A stretch of 50,552 nucleotides of DNA from Planctomycetota bacterium (GTDB lineage: Bacteria; Planctomycetota; SZUA-567; H5-PLA8). A program made the translations under genes and the position numbers. The notes under the pieces are model-generated. The model saw only the letters and a program-made list of their open reading frames with translations. It had not been told where the DNA came from and did not search any database. The first letter of the stretch is position 1. Each line of letters starts with the position of its first letter. The stretch is from contig JBBRPR010000060.1 of NCBI GenBank assembly GCA_038227875.1, positions 1-50,552 of the forward strand, read 5' to 3'. Shown one piece after another: positions 1 through 8,203 of this stretch.

Positions 1-123
1 ACCCCGTAACGATTTTTAGGGAGGTACTTTGAATTCATCTTTTAGAGGTATCCGAAAGGGGTATCCATTTCAAATTTAGTGTTCCTGTAAATCCTTTGTA
101 CTAAAGGACTTGGTTTTTGTGAA

Positions 124-158
124 AATGACCGATGACCAATGCCCACTGACCAATGACT
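124..158. repeat. Heptamer tandem repeat, 5 units (consensus AATGACC)
   Basis: AATGACC GATGACC AATGCCC ACTGACC AATGACT read directly, just upstream of the HTH gene RBS. Confidence 0.8.
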
Positions 159-193
159 CCGTAAAACCCTCTTGCCACAGGAGACCCACGACC

Positions 194-751
194 ATGCCAC
201 TAAACCCCAACCAACACCGAGCAGTCGGTCTGCTCGCCATGGGCCTGAGCACGTCCATCGTCGCCAGCGATCTGGGCATCTGTCGCCAGACGCTCTGCCG
301 CTGGAAGCAGATGCCCGAATTCCAGGAAGCGCTCGACCGCGAGGTCGGCGAAATTATGGCGGGACTCAACACCCAGGTTCAATCCACCGCGCGCAATCTG
401 ATCGAAGGCGGCCTGGAAGCCACGCAGCACCTGCGTTACGTGATGGTCAAGCACGGCGTGAAAGATCAGGACCGCCGCATCTGCGCCGCGCAGCTGCTGC
501 ATCATGCGCAGCGTTTCTACGACATGCTCGGCTTCAACGCCAAGCTCGCCACCCCGAGCAAACTCCAGCACGAAGCCCTCGCCAACCTCCCCCACGATCC
601 CGAAACCGAAGCCGGTACCACAGTGGATCCGACCTCCCCGCCCGAGAAGAACTTCTCCGATGTCGAAACCCTCAACGAAGTCGACGCCGAAGCCAAGCGC
701 AAAGCGCCACACCCACGCCCTGCCGAACCTGCGCTGGCCGGCCAACCCTAG
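194..751 (+). CDS. N-terminal helix-turn-helix protein (phBC6A51/terminase-small-subunit-like HTH) with low-complexity C-terminus
   Basis: AGGAG at 179-183 before ATG 194; LNPNQHRAVGLLAMGLSTSIVASDLGICRQTLCRWKQMPEFQEAL is a typical HTH followed by a WxxxPEF motif. Confidence 0.7.
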   Translation: MPLNPNQHRAVGLLAMGLSTSIVASDLGICRQTLCRWKQMPEFQEALDREVGEIMAGLNTQVQSTARNLIEGGLEATQHLRYVMVKHGVKDQDRRICAAQLLHHAQRFYDMLGFNAKLATPSKLQHEALANLPHDPETEAGTTVDPTSPPEKNFSDVETLNEVDAEAKRKAPHPRPAEPALAGQP

Positions 752-1082
752 CGCCGATGCCCATGACTCCCCAAACGAGGCTCATTGCGGTCCCCGCGCA
801 CGCTCGGATTGCATTCACTTTCAAGACACGCACCTCGCTCGCTTCTACGCCGGAGGTGATCCTTGTCCTTATAACGGTGCCTCTTGCCGGCGCTGCGCGT
901 CTGATTTTCCGTTCCCATTGCAAACTGGGCTTGTTGGTTTGATAGACCGGCTGCAAAGTGGCGCTGCAAACTCACCGGAAAATCTTCCTTAGATTGCAAG
1001 AACGGAGCGCGCGCGGTAATTTCGCGCCACGTCGAACCAATTTTGACTCTGCCGCGTACAAATCCTGACGAATGCGGGGTGA

Positions 1083-1745
1083 ATGATGAAACGCGGGCTG
1101 ACTTTGTTTGAAGTACTGGTCATCATCGGGATCATGGGACTGCTTGCCGCGATCATATTGCCGCCGGTCGCTCAATATCGTAGCGATGCGCGTCGCGCGG
1201 CCTGCGCCAGCAACATGACTCAAATTAGCAAGGCGATGTTGATGTATTCCGACGTTCCGTCGCACTCTTGCTTTCCCACGAACAAAGCGATTGGCAGAGG
1301 CGACCCGCTGCCTTCCCTGGGAATATTGTACCGCGATTACATCGCGGATAGCCGGGTATTCTCATGCCCTTCGAAGCCGACCGTGTCGGCGCTTGCGGAT
1401 CTGCAGTCAACAGTGGGTGCCGGGCCGTCGCCCTCGCCGCTTAACGCCTCGATGACGCACTATGGCTACGACCCGGGCAACAAAGGCACGAATTACGCGC
1501 CGCATACGCCCAACGATACGGCGGCGATTATCGTCTCCGAATTCACCGCTGCGGGGAGGATCTCCGACAACCACGGCCCCTCGGCCGGGCAAAATTTCAT
1601 GCGTGGTTGCGGCAGCGTGGAATGGACCGACACGCTCGTCAATCCAGTTTCCCTCCATCCGGTCGTTCAAGATAACGACATCACTGCAGACGGAACGCTT
1701 TCAGATCCCACGATGGGAAATATGAAAAGCTACATCTCGCAATAA
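1083..1745 (+). CDS. Prepilin-type N-terminal cleavage/methylation protein (DUF1559/SBP_bac_10-like)
   Basis: KRG|LTLFEVLVIIGIMGLLAAIILP prepilin motif, ARRAACASNMTQI, FSCPS, and an H..N..xG C-terminal motif. Confidence 0.85.
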   Translation: MMKRGLTLFEVLVIIGIMGLLAAIILPPVAQYRSDARRAACASNMTQISKAMLMYSDVPSHSCFPTNKAIGRGDPLPSLGILYRDYIADSRVFSCPSKPTVSALADLQSTVGAGPSPSPLNASMTHYGYDPGNKGTNYAPHTPNDTAAIIVSEFTAAGRISDNHGPSAGQNFMRGCGSVEWTDTLVNPVSLHPVVQDNDITADGTLSDPTMGNMKSYISQ

Positions 1746-1830
1746 TCGTTTGCATATTGTACTGTCCGATAAGCCTACCGGGATCAGCAGCTTAAGTTTC
1801 ACGCCGTTACCGATGTCGACAGTTTTCGTA

Positions 1831-1860
1831 TGTCGCATTTTGTCGCATTTCGTAACATTG
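1831..1860. repeat. 10-bp tandem repeat TGTCGCATTT x2 plus degenerate third unit
   Basis: TGTCGCATTT TGTCGCATTT CGTAACATTG. Confidence 0.7.
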
Positions 1861-1898
1861 CACATAATGCCAACCCCAACCCTCACCCACGGAAAACC

Positions 1899-1929
1899 AA
1901 TCCGCAATCCGAAATCCGCAATCCGCAAT
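1899..1929. repeat. Heptamer tandem repeat (AATCCGC) x4.4
   Basis: AATCCGC AATCCGA AATCCGC AATCCGC AAT. Confidence 0.85.
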
Positions 1930-1998
1930 AACTTCAAACGGTGTACGCTATCCATGTCCCTGTGCGTCTGATACGCCAAACTCCCGAGGAACCACGCC

Positions 1999-3981
1999 AT
2001 GCCTGACCTGAAGCGCGCGCTCGCCCTGCTGGCTCTCTGCGCCGCCGCCACACTCACCGGCACCAGCTCCTGCTCCGCCGCCGACCTGCGGCTGGCCAAA
2101 CTCTTCTCCGACAACATGGTCCTCCAGCGCGACAAGCCCGTCGCCATCTGGGGCTGGGCCGATCCCGGAGACAAGATCACCGTCAAACTCAACGACAAGG
2201 AAGCCTCCGCCACCGCCGACGACAAGGGCGCCTGGTCGGCCAAAATCGGACCCTTCGCCGCGGGCGGACCGTTCGAAATGACCATCACCGGCAAGACCAC
2301 CGTCACAATCAAGAACATCCTGATCGGCGAAGTCTGGATCTGCTCCGGACAGTCCAACATGGAATTCGGCATGACCGGCGCGAAGAATTTCCAGGAGGAA
2401 GCCGCCGCGGCGAACTTCCCGCAAATCCGCCACTTTCACGTCGACCGCGGCACAAGTTTCATGCCGCTGACGGAAGTCGGCGGCGCCTGGATGCCCTGCA
2501 CGCCGCAGACCATCGCCGGCTACACCGCCGTCGGTTACTTCTTCGCGCGGCACCTGCACCAGACCTTGAACGTCCCCGTCGGCCTGATTCACAGCTCGTG
2601 GGGCGGCACGCCGGCGGAAGCCTGGACCAGCAACGAAGCGCTCAAGACCCTCCCCGATTTCAAAACCGCACTCGAAGACATCGAAAAGCGTCTGCCCGAA
2701 ATGCCCAAGCTCGCCGCGGAGTTCAACGAGAAGAACGCCGTCTTCCAGGCCGCCTTCGCCGAAGTCCTCAAAGCGCCGCTCGAAGAGTGGCAGGGCGCGG
2801 AGTTCGACGACGCGCAGTGGAAAGAGATGAAGCTCCCGACGCTCTGGGAAAACGCCGGACTGCCCGACATCGACGGCATCGTCTGGTTCCGCAAGACCGT
2901 GGAGATCCCGGCAGCCTGGGCCGGCAAGGAAGCGACGCTCTCGCTGGGGCCCGTCGACGACAATGAAATCACCTGGGTCAACGGCAAGAAAGTTGGCGAA
3001 ACCAACGGCTACAACATCCCGCGCGAATACAAGGTTCCCGCCGAGCTGATCAAAGCCGGGAAGCTCACCGTGGCCGTGCGTGTCGTCGACACCGGCGGCG
3101 GCGGCGGTCTCTACGGCAAGCCCGAGCAGATGAAGCTCGAAACCGCCGGACAGGAACCGATTTCGCTGGTCGGCGCGTGGAAGTACGCGATGAACGACGC
3201 GACCGCCAAGCTCCCCAAGCGCCCGCCGCAGAATCTGCTGGGCAACCCCAACGCGCCCACGGCGCTCTACAACGCGATGATCGCGCCGCTGATTCCCTAC
3301 AAGATCCGTGGAGCCATCTGGTATCAGGGCGAATCGAACGCCGGCCGTGCGTACCAGTACCGCACGCTCTTTCAGACCATGATCAAGGACTGGCGCACGC
3401 GCTGGAACGACGACTTCGCCTTCCACTTCGTCCAGCTCGCCAACTTCATGCAGCCGCCCAAGGAGCCCGAACAGAGCGCCTGGGCCGAACTGCGCGAAGC
3501 CCAGAACATGGCCCTGACGCTGCCCAACACCGGCCGCGCCGTGATCATCGACATCGGCGAAGCCGCCGACATCCATCCCAAGAACAAGCAGGACGTCGGC
3601 AAGCGCCTGGCGCTCAGCGCCGAAGCCACTGTCTACGGCCAGAAAGCCGAATACGACGGCCCGCGCTACAAGTCGTTCAAGGTCGAAGGCAACGCCATTC
3701 GCCTCAGCTTCGATCACGTCGGCGGCGGCCTGGTCGCCAAGGGCGGTGGCGCGCTGAAGCAGTTCGCGATCTGCGGCGCCGACCAGAAGTTCGTCTGGGC
3801 CGACGCCAAGATCGACGGCGAAACGGTCGTGGTGAGCAGCGACAAGGTCGCCACCCCGGTTGCCGTGCGCTACGCCTGGGCCAACAACCCGGAAGGCTGC
3901 AACCTCTACAACAAGGAAGAGCTCCCCGCGAGCCCCTTCCGCACCGACGAGTTCCCCGGCGTCACGGGAGGGCCGAAGTGA
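1999..3981 (+). CDS. Secreted sialate O-acetylesterase (SGNH/SASA) with inserted galactose-binding-like domain
   Basis: Signal peptide; FSDNMVLQR, GEVWICSGQSNME, WGGTPAEAW, GAIWYQGESN, DIHPKNK and VAVRYAW motifs; GAGG RBS. Confidence 0.92.
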   Translation: MPDLKRALALLALCAAATLTGTSSCSAADLRLAKLFSDNMVLQRDKPVAIWGWADPGDKITVKLNDKEASATADDKGAWSAKIGPFAAGGPFEMTITGKTTVTIKNILIGEVWICSGQSNMEFGMTGAKNFQEEAAAANFPQIRHFHVDRGTSFMPLTEVGGAWMPCTPQTIAGYTAVGYFFARHLHQTLNVPVGLIHSSWGGTPAEAWTSNEALKTLPDFKTALEDIEKRLPEMPKLAAEFNEKNAVFQAAFAEVLKAPLEEWQGAEFDDAQWKEMKLPTLWENAGLPDIDGIVWFRKTVEIPAAWAGKEATLSLGPVDDNEITWVNGKKVGETNGYNIPREYKVPAELIKAGKLTVAVRVVDTGGGGGLYGKPEQMKLETAGQEPISLVGAWKYAMNDATAKLPKRPPQNLLGNPNAPTALYNAMIAPLIPYKIRGAIWYQGESNAGRAYQYRTLFQTMIKDWRTRWNDDFAFHFVQLANFMQPPKEPEQSAWAELREAQNMALTLPNTGRAVIIDIGEAADIHPKNKQDVGKRLALSAEATVYGQKAEYDGPRYKSFKVEGNAIRLSFDHVGGGLVAKGGGALKQFAICGADQKFVWADAKIDGETVVVSSDKVATPVAVRYAWANNPEGCNLYNKEELPASPFRTDEFPGVTGGPK

Positions 3982-4025
3982 ATTGACTTGGCAGTATGTA
4001 ACAAGTGGCAGGAGTTAGAATATGT

Positions 4026-4511
4026 ATGTCCACGTCCGATGATACGTCCCGCAGAGTGGCACTCAGCACTCTGCTTTTCGGCAGCACGCCCTTCTATGCT
4101 GGCCTGGCATGTTTCTGCGTAGGGGCCGGTCAGTACATTTACTTCCTACTGACCGGCCAATGCCTGCTCGACAAGATGGGTAGTCCCGACCCCTATGCTT
4201 CACCAACACATGCCGGTCAGACGGCCATCACCGTTGGGTGCCTGCTCGGTGTCCCCGGCGCGATTGCCGCCATGTACGGCTTCTTAAAATCCCAACGGCT
4301 GGCCAAACACGGCGTGGTGGTCGCCGGGACCATCCATACGGTCAGCAGCATGGCCGTGCGCGGGATGCGCGACATTTCGTACTCCTATACGTTCAACGGA
4401 GAGGTCTTCGAGAACCGATCGTCGGTCCCGGCCTCTCACGAATTAACACCCCTTATGGAGATCCGTCTGCTGGTGGATGCCCAGCGCCCCCGGACACATA
4501 TCGTGATGTGA
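4026..4511 (+). CDS. Small membrane protein, two TM helices plus DUF3592-like C-terminal domain
   Basis: AGGAG at 4010-4014; two hydrophobic segments, then RLAKHGVVVAGTI...ISYSYTFNGEVF. Confidence 0.6.
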   Translation: MSTSDDTSRRVALSTLLFGSTPFYAGLACFCVGAGQYIYFLLTGQCLLDKMGSPDPYASPTHAGQTAITVGCLLGVPGAIAAMYGFLKSQRLAKHGVVVAGTIHTVSSMAVRGMRDISYSYTFNGEVFENRSSVPASHELTPLMEIRLLVDAQRPRTHIVM

Positions 4512-4718
4512 TGGCTGCCGCCAATCGGACAAAGCGTCCGGAACGTTCTTTCGAAAATCCGTCCGTCCGATAATATTCCTGCAACCCGATAAGTCATCGA
4601 TACTTAAAACATTACATTAAAATAAATTAAAGTTGATCAAACCTGTAACAATTCCTATGCTCATGTGCACATCTAGCTTATTTCGACGCGACTTTCCTAT
4701 CTCAAACTCAGGTGATCT

Positions 4719-5528
4719 ATGGTCCGCTGCGCCCTCGGAGTCCTGCTGTTGTTGTGCGCCAGCGCCTCCGCCTTCGAATTCCACCGCGCCGCCGACGGCA
4801 CACCCATCCGCTGGAACGCCACACTGCCCATCCGCTGGTCGGTGCCCGAAGGCACTCCCGAAAACGTCCGCAGCGCTTTTGTGGCAGCGCTCGCTCAGTG
4901 GACCGGCGCCTCCGGCGGCGCTCTAAATTTTGTGGAAGCTCCCGGCGGCATCACGCTCAACTTTAATTCCGATTCGAAACTGGGAAAAGTCATGGCCTAC
5001 ACCACCTGCGAAGTCCAATCCGGCCAGATCCTCCGCGCAACCGTCGAAGTCAACGCGCACGATTACAACTGGGCCAGCGCCTACGCGCCCTACCTCGCCC
5101 CCGCCCTGCTCCACGAACTCGGCCACGCACTGGGACTCGACCATCCCAAATCCGCCGACTCCATCACCGGCACCTTCTTGCAGCAGGACCCGCCGACAAT
5201 GTGGGAAACGCTGACGCTCAACGCCCGCACCTTGCACTACGACGACATCCTCGGTCTCCGCACGCTCTACGGCTTGGACACGACCTTCCCAGCCACGTTT
5301 GGCTGCTCCGAGAAACACCGCGGCAAGGTCTACACATTCACCGCATCGGCCGCGCCCGCGGATGTGTTCTGGGACTACGGCGACGGCACCTCCGACGCCT
5401 CCGCCACACACCGCTTTCCGCGCGGGGGCTATACGATCGAGGCCCAATCCCGGGGCTTCAGCGGCTCGATCTTCGTCCAGATCGGTCCCGTCAAATCCGC
5501 CGCCCAGCGCGCTCCGCACCGAAAGTAA
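4719..5528 (+). CDS. Secreted matrixin-like (M10 metzincin) metalloprotease with C-terminal PKD-like segment
   Basis: Signal peptide; HELGHALGLDH zinc motif, Met-turn PTMW, LHYDDILGLRTLYG; WDYGDG PKD motif. Confidence 0.88.
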   Translation: MVRCALGVLLLLCASASAFEFHRAADGTPIRWNATLPIRWSVPEGTPENVRSAFVAALAQWTGASGGALNFVEAPGGITLNFNSDSKLGKVMAYTTCEVQSGQILRATVEVNAHDYNWASAYAPYLAPALLHELGHALGLDHPKSADSITGTFLQQDPPTMWETLTLNARTLHYDDILGLRTLYGLDTTFPATFGCSEKHRGKVYTFTASAAPADVFWDYGDGTSDASATHRFPRGGYTIEAQSRGFSGSIFVQIGPVKSAAQRAPHRK

Positions 5529-5638
5529 CCCACGTCGTCTTAAAACTACGTGCGTAAAAAATGTGGCTATTCGGCTGCAGCACCGTTATCACTAAATCAA
5601 CCACGGCGCATTCCGCGCCACTTTTGGGGAGGACAGCA

Positions 5639-5821
5639 ATGAAGCTCTTACGCATCAGCGGAATCCTGCTCGGTCTCAGTCTGACCGTGCTCAGTGGCTG
5701 TGCCTGTCGTGGAAGTTCTTGAGGTTCGAAATCCACGAGCGCGCCGGGTGCGCGACAACAAGATCTAAGCCACTACCGAATCTCGTCGACCCAACGCGAG
5801 GTCGTCTCGAATAATCCTTAG
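5639..5821 (+). CDS. Small lipoprotein ORF not in the ORF track: 27 aa to TGA 5720-5722, or 60 aa if TGA is read through
   Basis: GGGGAGGA RBS 5626-5633; MKLLRISGILLGLSLTVLSG|C lipobox; frame stays open after TGA to TAG TAG at 5819-5824. Confidence 0.5.
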
Positions 5822-5837
5822 TAGCCGCCTCGGAATG

Positions 5838-5873
5838 AAAACGCCGGCGCGCTACACCCACGCCGCCGGCGTT
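5838..5873 (-). terminator. Intrinsic terminator-like hairpin downstream of the Gfo/Idh/MocA gene
   Basis: AACGCCGGCG (5840-5849) / CGCCGGCGTT (5864-5873); short U-run on the minus strand. Confidence 0.6.
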
Positions 5874-5886
5874 ACTTTCATCTCCT

Positions 5887-7047
5887 TCAACTCAATACCA
5901 ACCCCGCACACTGCCACAGTCCATTCAAATCCACCACTTCGCGGTTTGCCACGGCCTGATCGATCGCAAAACATGTCAGCGCAGCCTTCAATCCGTCCTC
6001 CACGCTGGTGCTCGGAGGCGCACCGTCCAGCATCGATTTCAGCAGCGACTCCACCAGCACATCGTCGCCGCCGCCATGCCCGCCCGACGCCCGCGTTGAG
6101 CGGTTTTCGAGAGGCGTATCAAAGCCGATGCGCTTCACTTCAATCTCACCGGAAATGACATCCGCGCGTAAGGTTCCCTCTGTACCGCAGAGGTACATGC
6201 GCCGCTCCTGAATTCCCGCACAGCAGTTGGTATGAAACGTCGCCCGCACCTGATTGGCATACTCGAGGATCACGACTTGGTTATCGACGATATCCTTCGC
6301 GCAGGTGAACGGGTTGACCGCGCCCGGCGCGCCCGAGTAGCCAAACGGCGCTTGGGCGTCCTGTTGCTTCACGCGCTGAATGTGGTGCGCGTTCTCGGGC
6401 GTGAAGAAGTTCGTGCCGCCGAAGCTCGCCACGCGGCGCGCGATGCTGCCCGTCATCCAGTTGGCCAGGTCGATATCGTGGCAGCACTTTTCCAGAATGT
6501 ACGAGCCGGCATTTTTGGTCTGGTTGCGCCAGTTGGCCATGATGAAGCCGCCGTGGTTGAACTCCAGCGTCTCATTGAATTCCATGCTGACGATACGCCC
6601 AATTTCGCCGCTCGAGATAATGCGCTGAACCTCGCGGTAGTGCGGCGAATACCGGAGCGTGAAGCCCATGGTGAAACTGCGGCCGCTCTGCTTCCACGCG
6701 TCGCTGACGTCCAGGCAATCCTGCACGGACGTGGCCAGCGGTTTTTCGCAGAAGACGTGCTTGCCCGCGCGCAGCGCCGCGATGGCCTGGCGCGCGTGGA
6801 CGCAATTCCACGAGCCGATCATCACCCAGTCAACGCCCGGAGCATGGACCAGCGCCGCTGCGTTCTCGAAGGCCGGCGCTTCGGTCTTGAAACGATTGCG
6901 GTAGCGCACGATCTGTTCGGGCTCCGAATCGCAGAGCGCCACAATCTTCACGCGCGGATCGCCGGCCAGAATTCCCGCGAGCAACCCGCCCATCCGTCCG
7001 CCACAACCAATCACGCCAAGTCCAATCTGCTGAGCCTGCTGCGCCAC
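5887..7047 (-). CDS. Gfo/Idh/MocA family oxidoreductase
   Basis: GVIGCGGR Rossmann motif, HVFCEKPLA, GFTLRY, EKCCHDID, GHGGGD; AAGGAG RBS (7055-7060) before GTG 7047. Confidence 0.92.
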   Translation of the reverse strand: MAQQAQQIGLGVIGCGGRMGGLLAGILAGDPRVKIVALCDSEPEQIVRYRNRFKTEAPAFENAAALVHAPGVDWVMIGSWNCVHARQAIAALRAGKHVFCEKPLATSVQDCLDVSDAWKQSGRSFTMGFTLRYSPHYREVQRIISSGEIGRIVSMEFNETLEFNHGGFIMANWRNQTKNAGSYILEKCCHDIDLANWMTGSIARRVASFGGTNFFTPENAHHIQRVKQQDAQAPFGYSGAPGAVNPFTCAKDIVDNQVVILEYANQVRATFHTNCCAGIQERRMYLCGTEGTLRADVISGEIEVKRIGFDTPLENRSTRASGGHGGGDDVLVESLLKSMLDGAPPSTSVEDGLKAALTCFAIDQAVANREVVDLNGLWQCAGLVLS

Positions 7048-7169
7048 CGTGAGTCTCCTTGTCAGTGTGAGTGCCTTGAACATCACGGTTAAGGAATACC
7101 CTAGTCGGAAAGGTGGTAAAATGGCTAAATTGACGTAGTATTTAACTATTCCGATTTTACGAGGAACCT

Positions 7170-8060
7170 ATGAACACCGATTCCAGCCTGGCCGCGCTGG
7201 CCACACAGGCGATCAAGATCCCCGAACCGCGCAGTTATTTTCAAGGCGCGCTCGCGCCGGACCTGCTGCTGCCGACGAACATTCTGCTCTTTCACCGGCG
7301 TAAAGGCGCGTCGCTCCATTCGCGCGGCAGATCGCTCCACCACCGCCACGTGTTGATTTTCAATCTGCGCTGCGCGGCCAACGTCGTCGTCGACGACCTG
7401 GTCGTCCGCGTGAATCCCGGCCAGGCGCTGCTGATCTTCCCGTATCAGTTTCACGGCTATCAGATCCAATCCCCCGGCGCGGACCTGGTCTGGACGTTCG
7501 TGACGTTCGATCTCGAGCGCGGCAGCCTCCCGGAATCCCTCCGCCAGCGCCCCATCACGATTCAGGAATCCACGGCCGAGCATCTGCGCAACCTGATCGC
7601 GTTGTGGCTCAGCCGCGAAACACCGGAACGCAACGCGCAGGTCACGCTCGAAACCGCGCAGTTGCTCCAGACGGTGAGCGCCAGTTCGTCGGAAGCACGT
7701 CGGCGCCGCGGACATCACGAGCCGGCCAAGCAGGACGACTTCGATCGCATGTTGGCAAAAGTCTGCCGGATCATCCAGGCGCGCATGCACGACGGCATCC
7801 GCATCAAGAACATCGCCAGCGACGCCTCGATTTCCGAGAGCCATCTGCGCCTGCTCTTCCGCACCCGCATGGGCGCGTCGCTGGGAGATTACCTGCAATC
7901 GATGCGCATGATCCGCGCCGCGCAACTGCTGGCGCAATCGGAACTGAGCATCGAGACGATCGGGCAGCGCTGCGGTTACGGTTCGATCTACGCCTTCAGC
8001 CGCGCGTTCAAAAAATCGATGAGCCAATCGCCGCGCGCCTTCCGGAAGGATCGGCGGTGA
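7170..8060 (+). CDS. AraC family transcriptional regulator (cupin plus HTH)
   Basis: ISESHLRLLFR...IETIGQRCGYGSIYAFSRAFKKSMSQSPRAFR; divergent from the oxidoreductase. Confidence 0.93.
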   Translation: MNTDSSLAALATQAIKIPEPRSYFQGALAPDLLLPTNILLFHRRKGASLHSRGRSLHHRHVLIFNLRCAANVVVDDLVVRVNPGQALLIFPYQFHGYQIQSPGADLVWTFVTFDLERGSLPESLRQRPITIQESTAEHLRNLIALWLSRETPERNAQVTLETAQLLQTVSASSSEARRRRGHHEPAKQDDFDRMLAKVCRIIQARMHDGIRIKNIASDASISESHLRLLFRTRMGASLGDYLQSMRMIRAAQLLAQSELSIETIGQRCGYGSIYAFSRAFKKSMSQSPRAFRKDRR

Positions 8061-8203
8061 CGATTTTTCCGGCCCCGGCTCATCCGAATTCATAGGGAAA
8101 GGCAGTGTACGCAAGTCCCCAGAACACGTTTTCATATAGAGAAGCGCATCAGTTTCCGTGCGGTGCGCTCAGTCGAATCTGCCGTGTATGCCAGGAGTCC
8201 GCC

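Noticed and set aside
194..751. Prophage
   Set aside because: Only a lone HTH gene; no large terminase, portal, capsid or integrase nearby.
1948..3717. 589-aa minus-strand ORF
   Set aside because: Mirror frame of the sialate O-acetylesterase gene.
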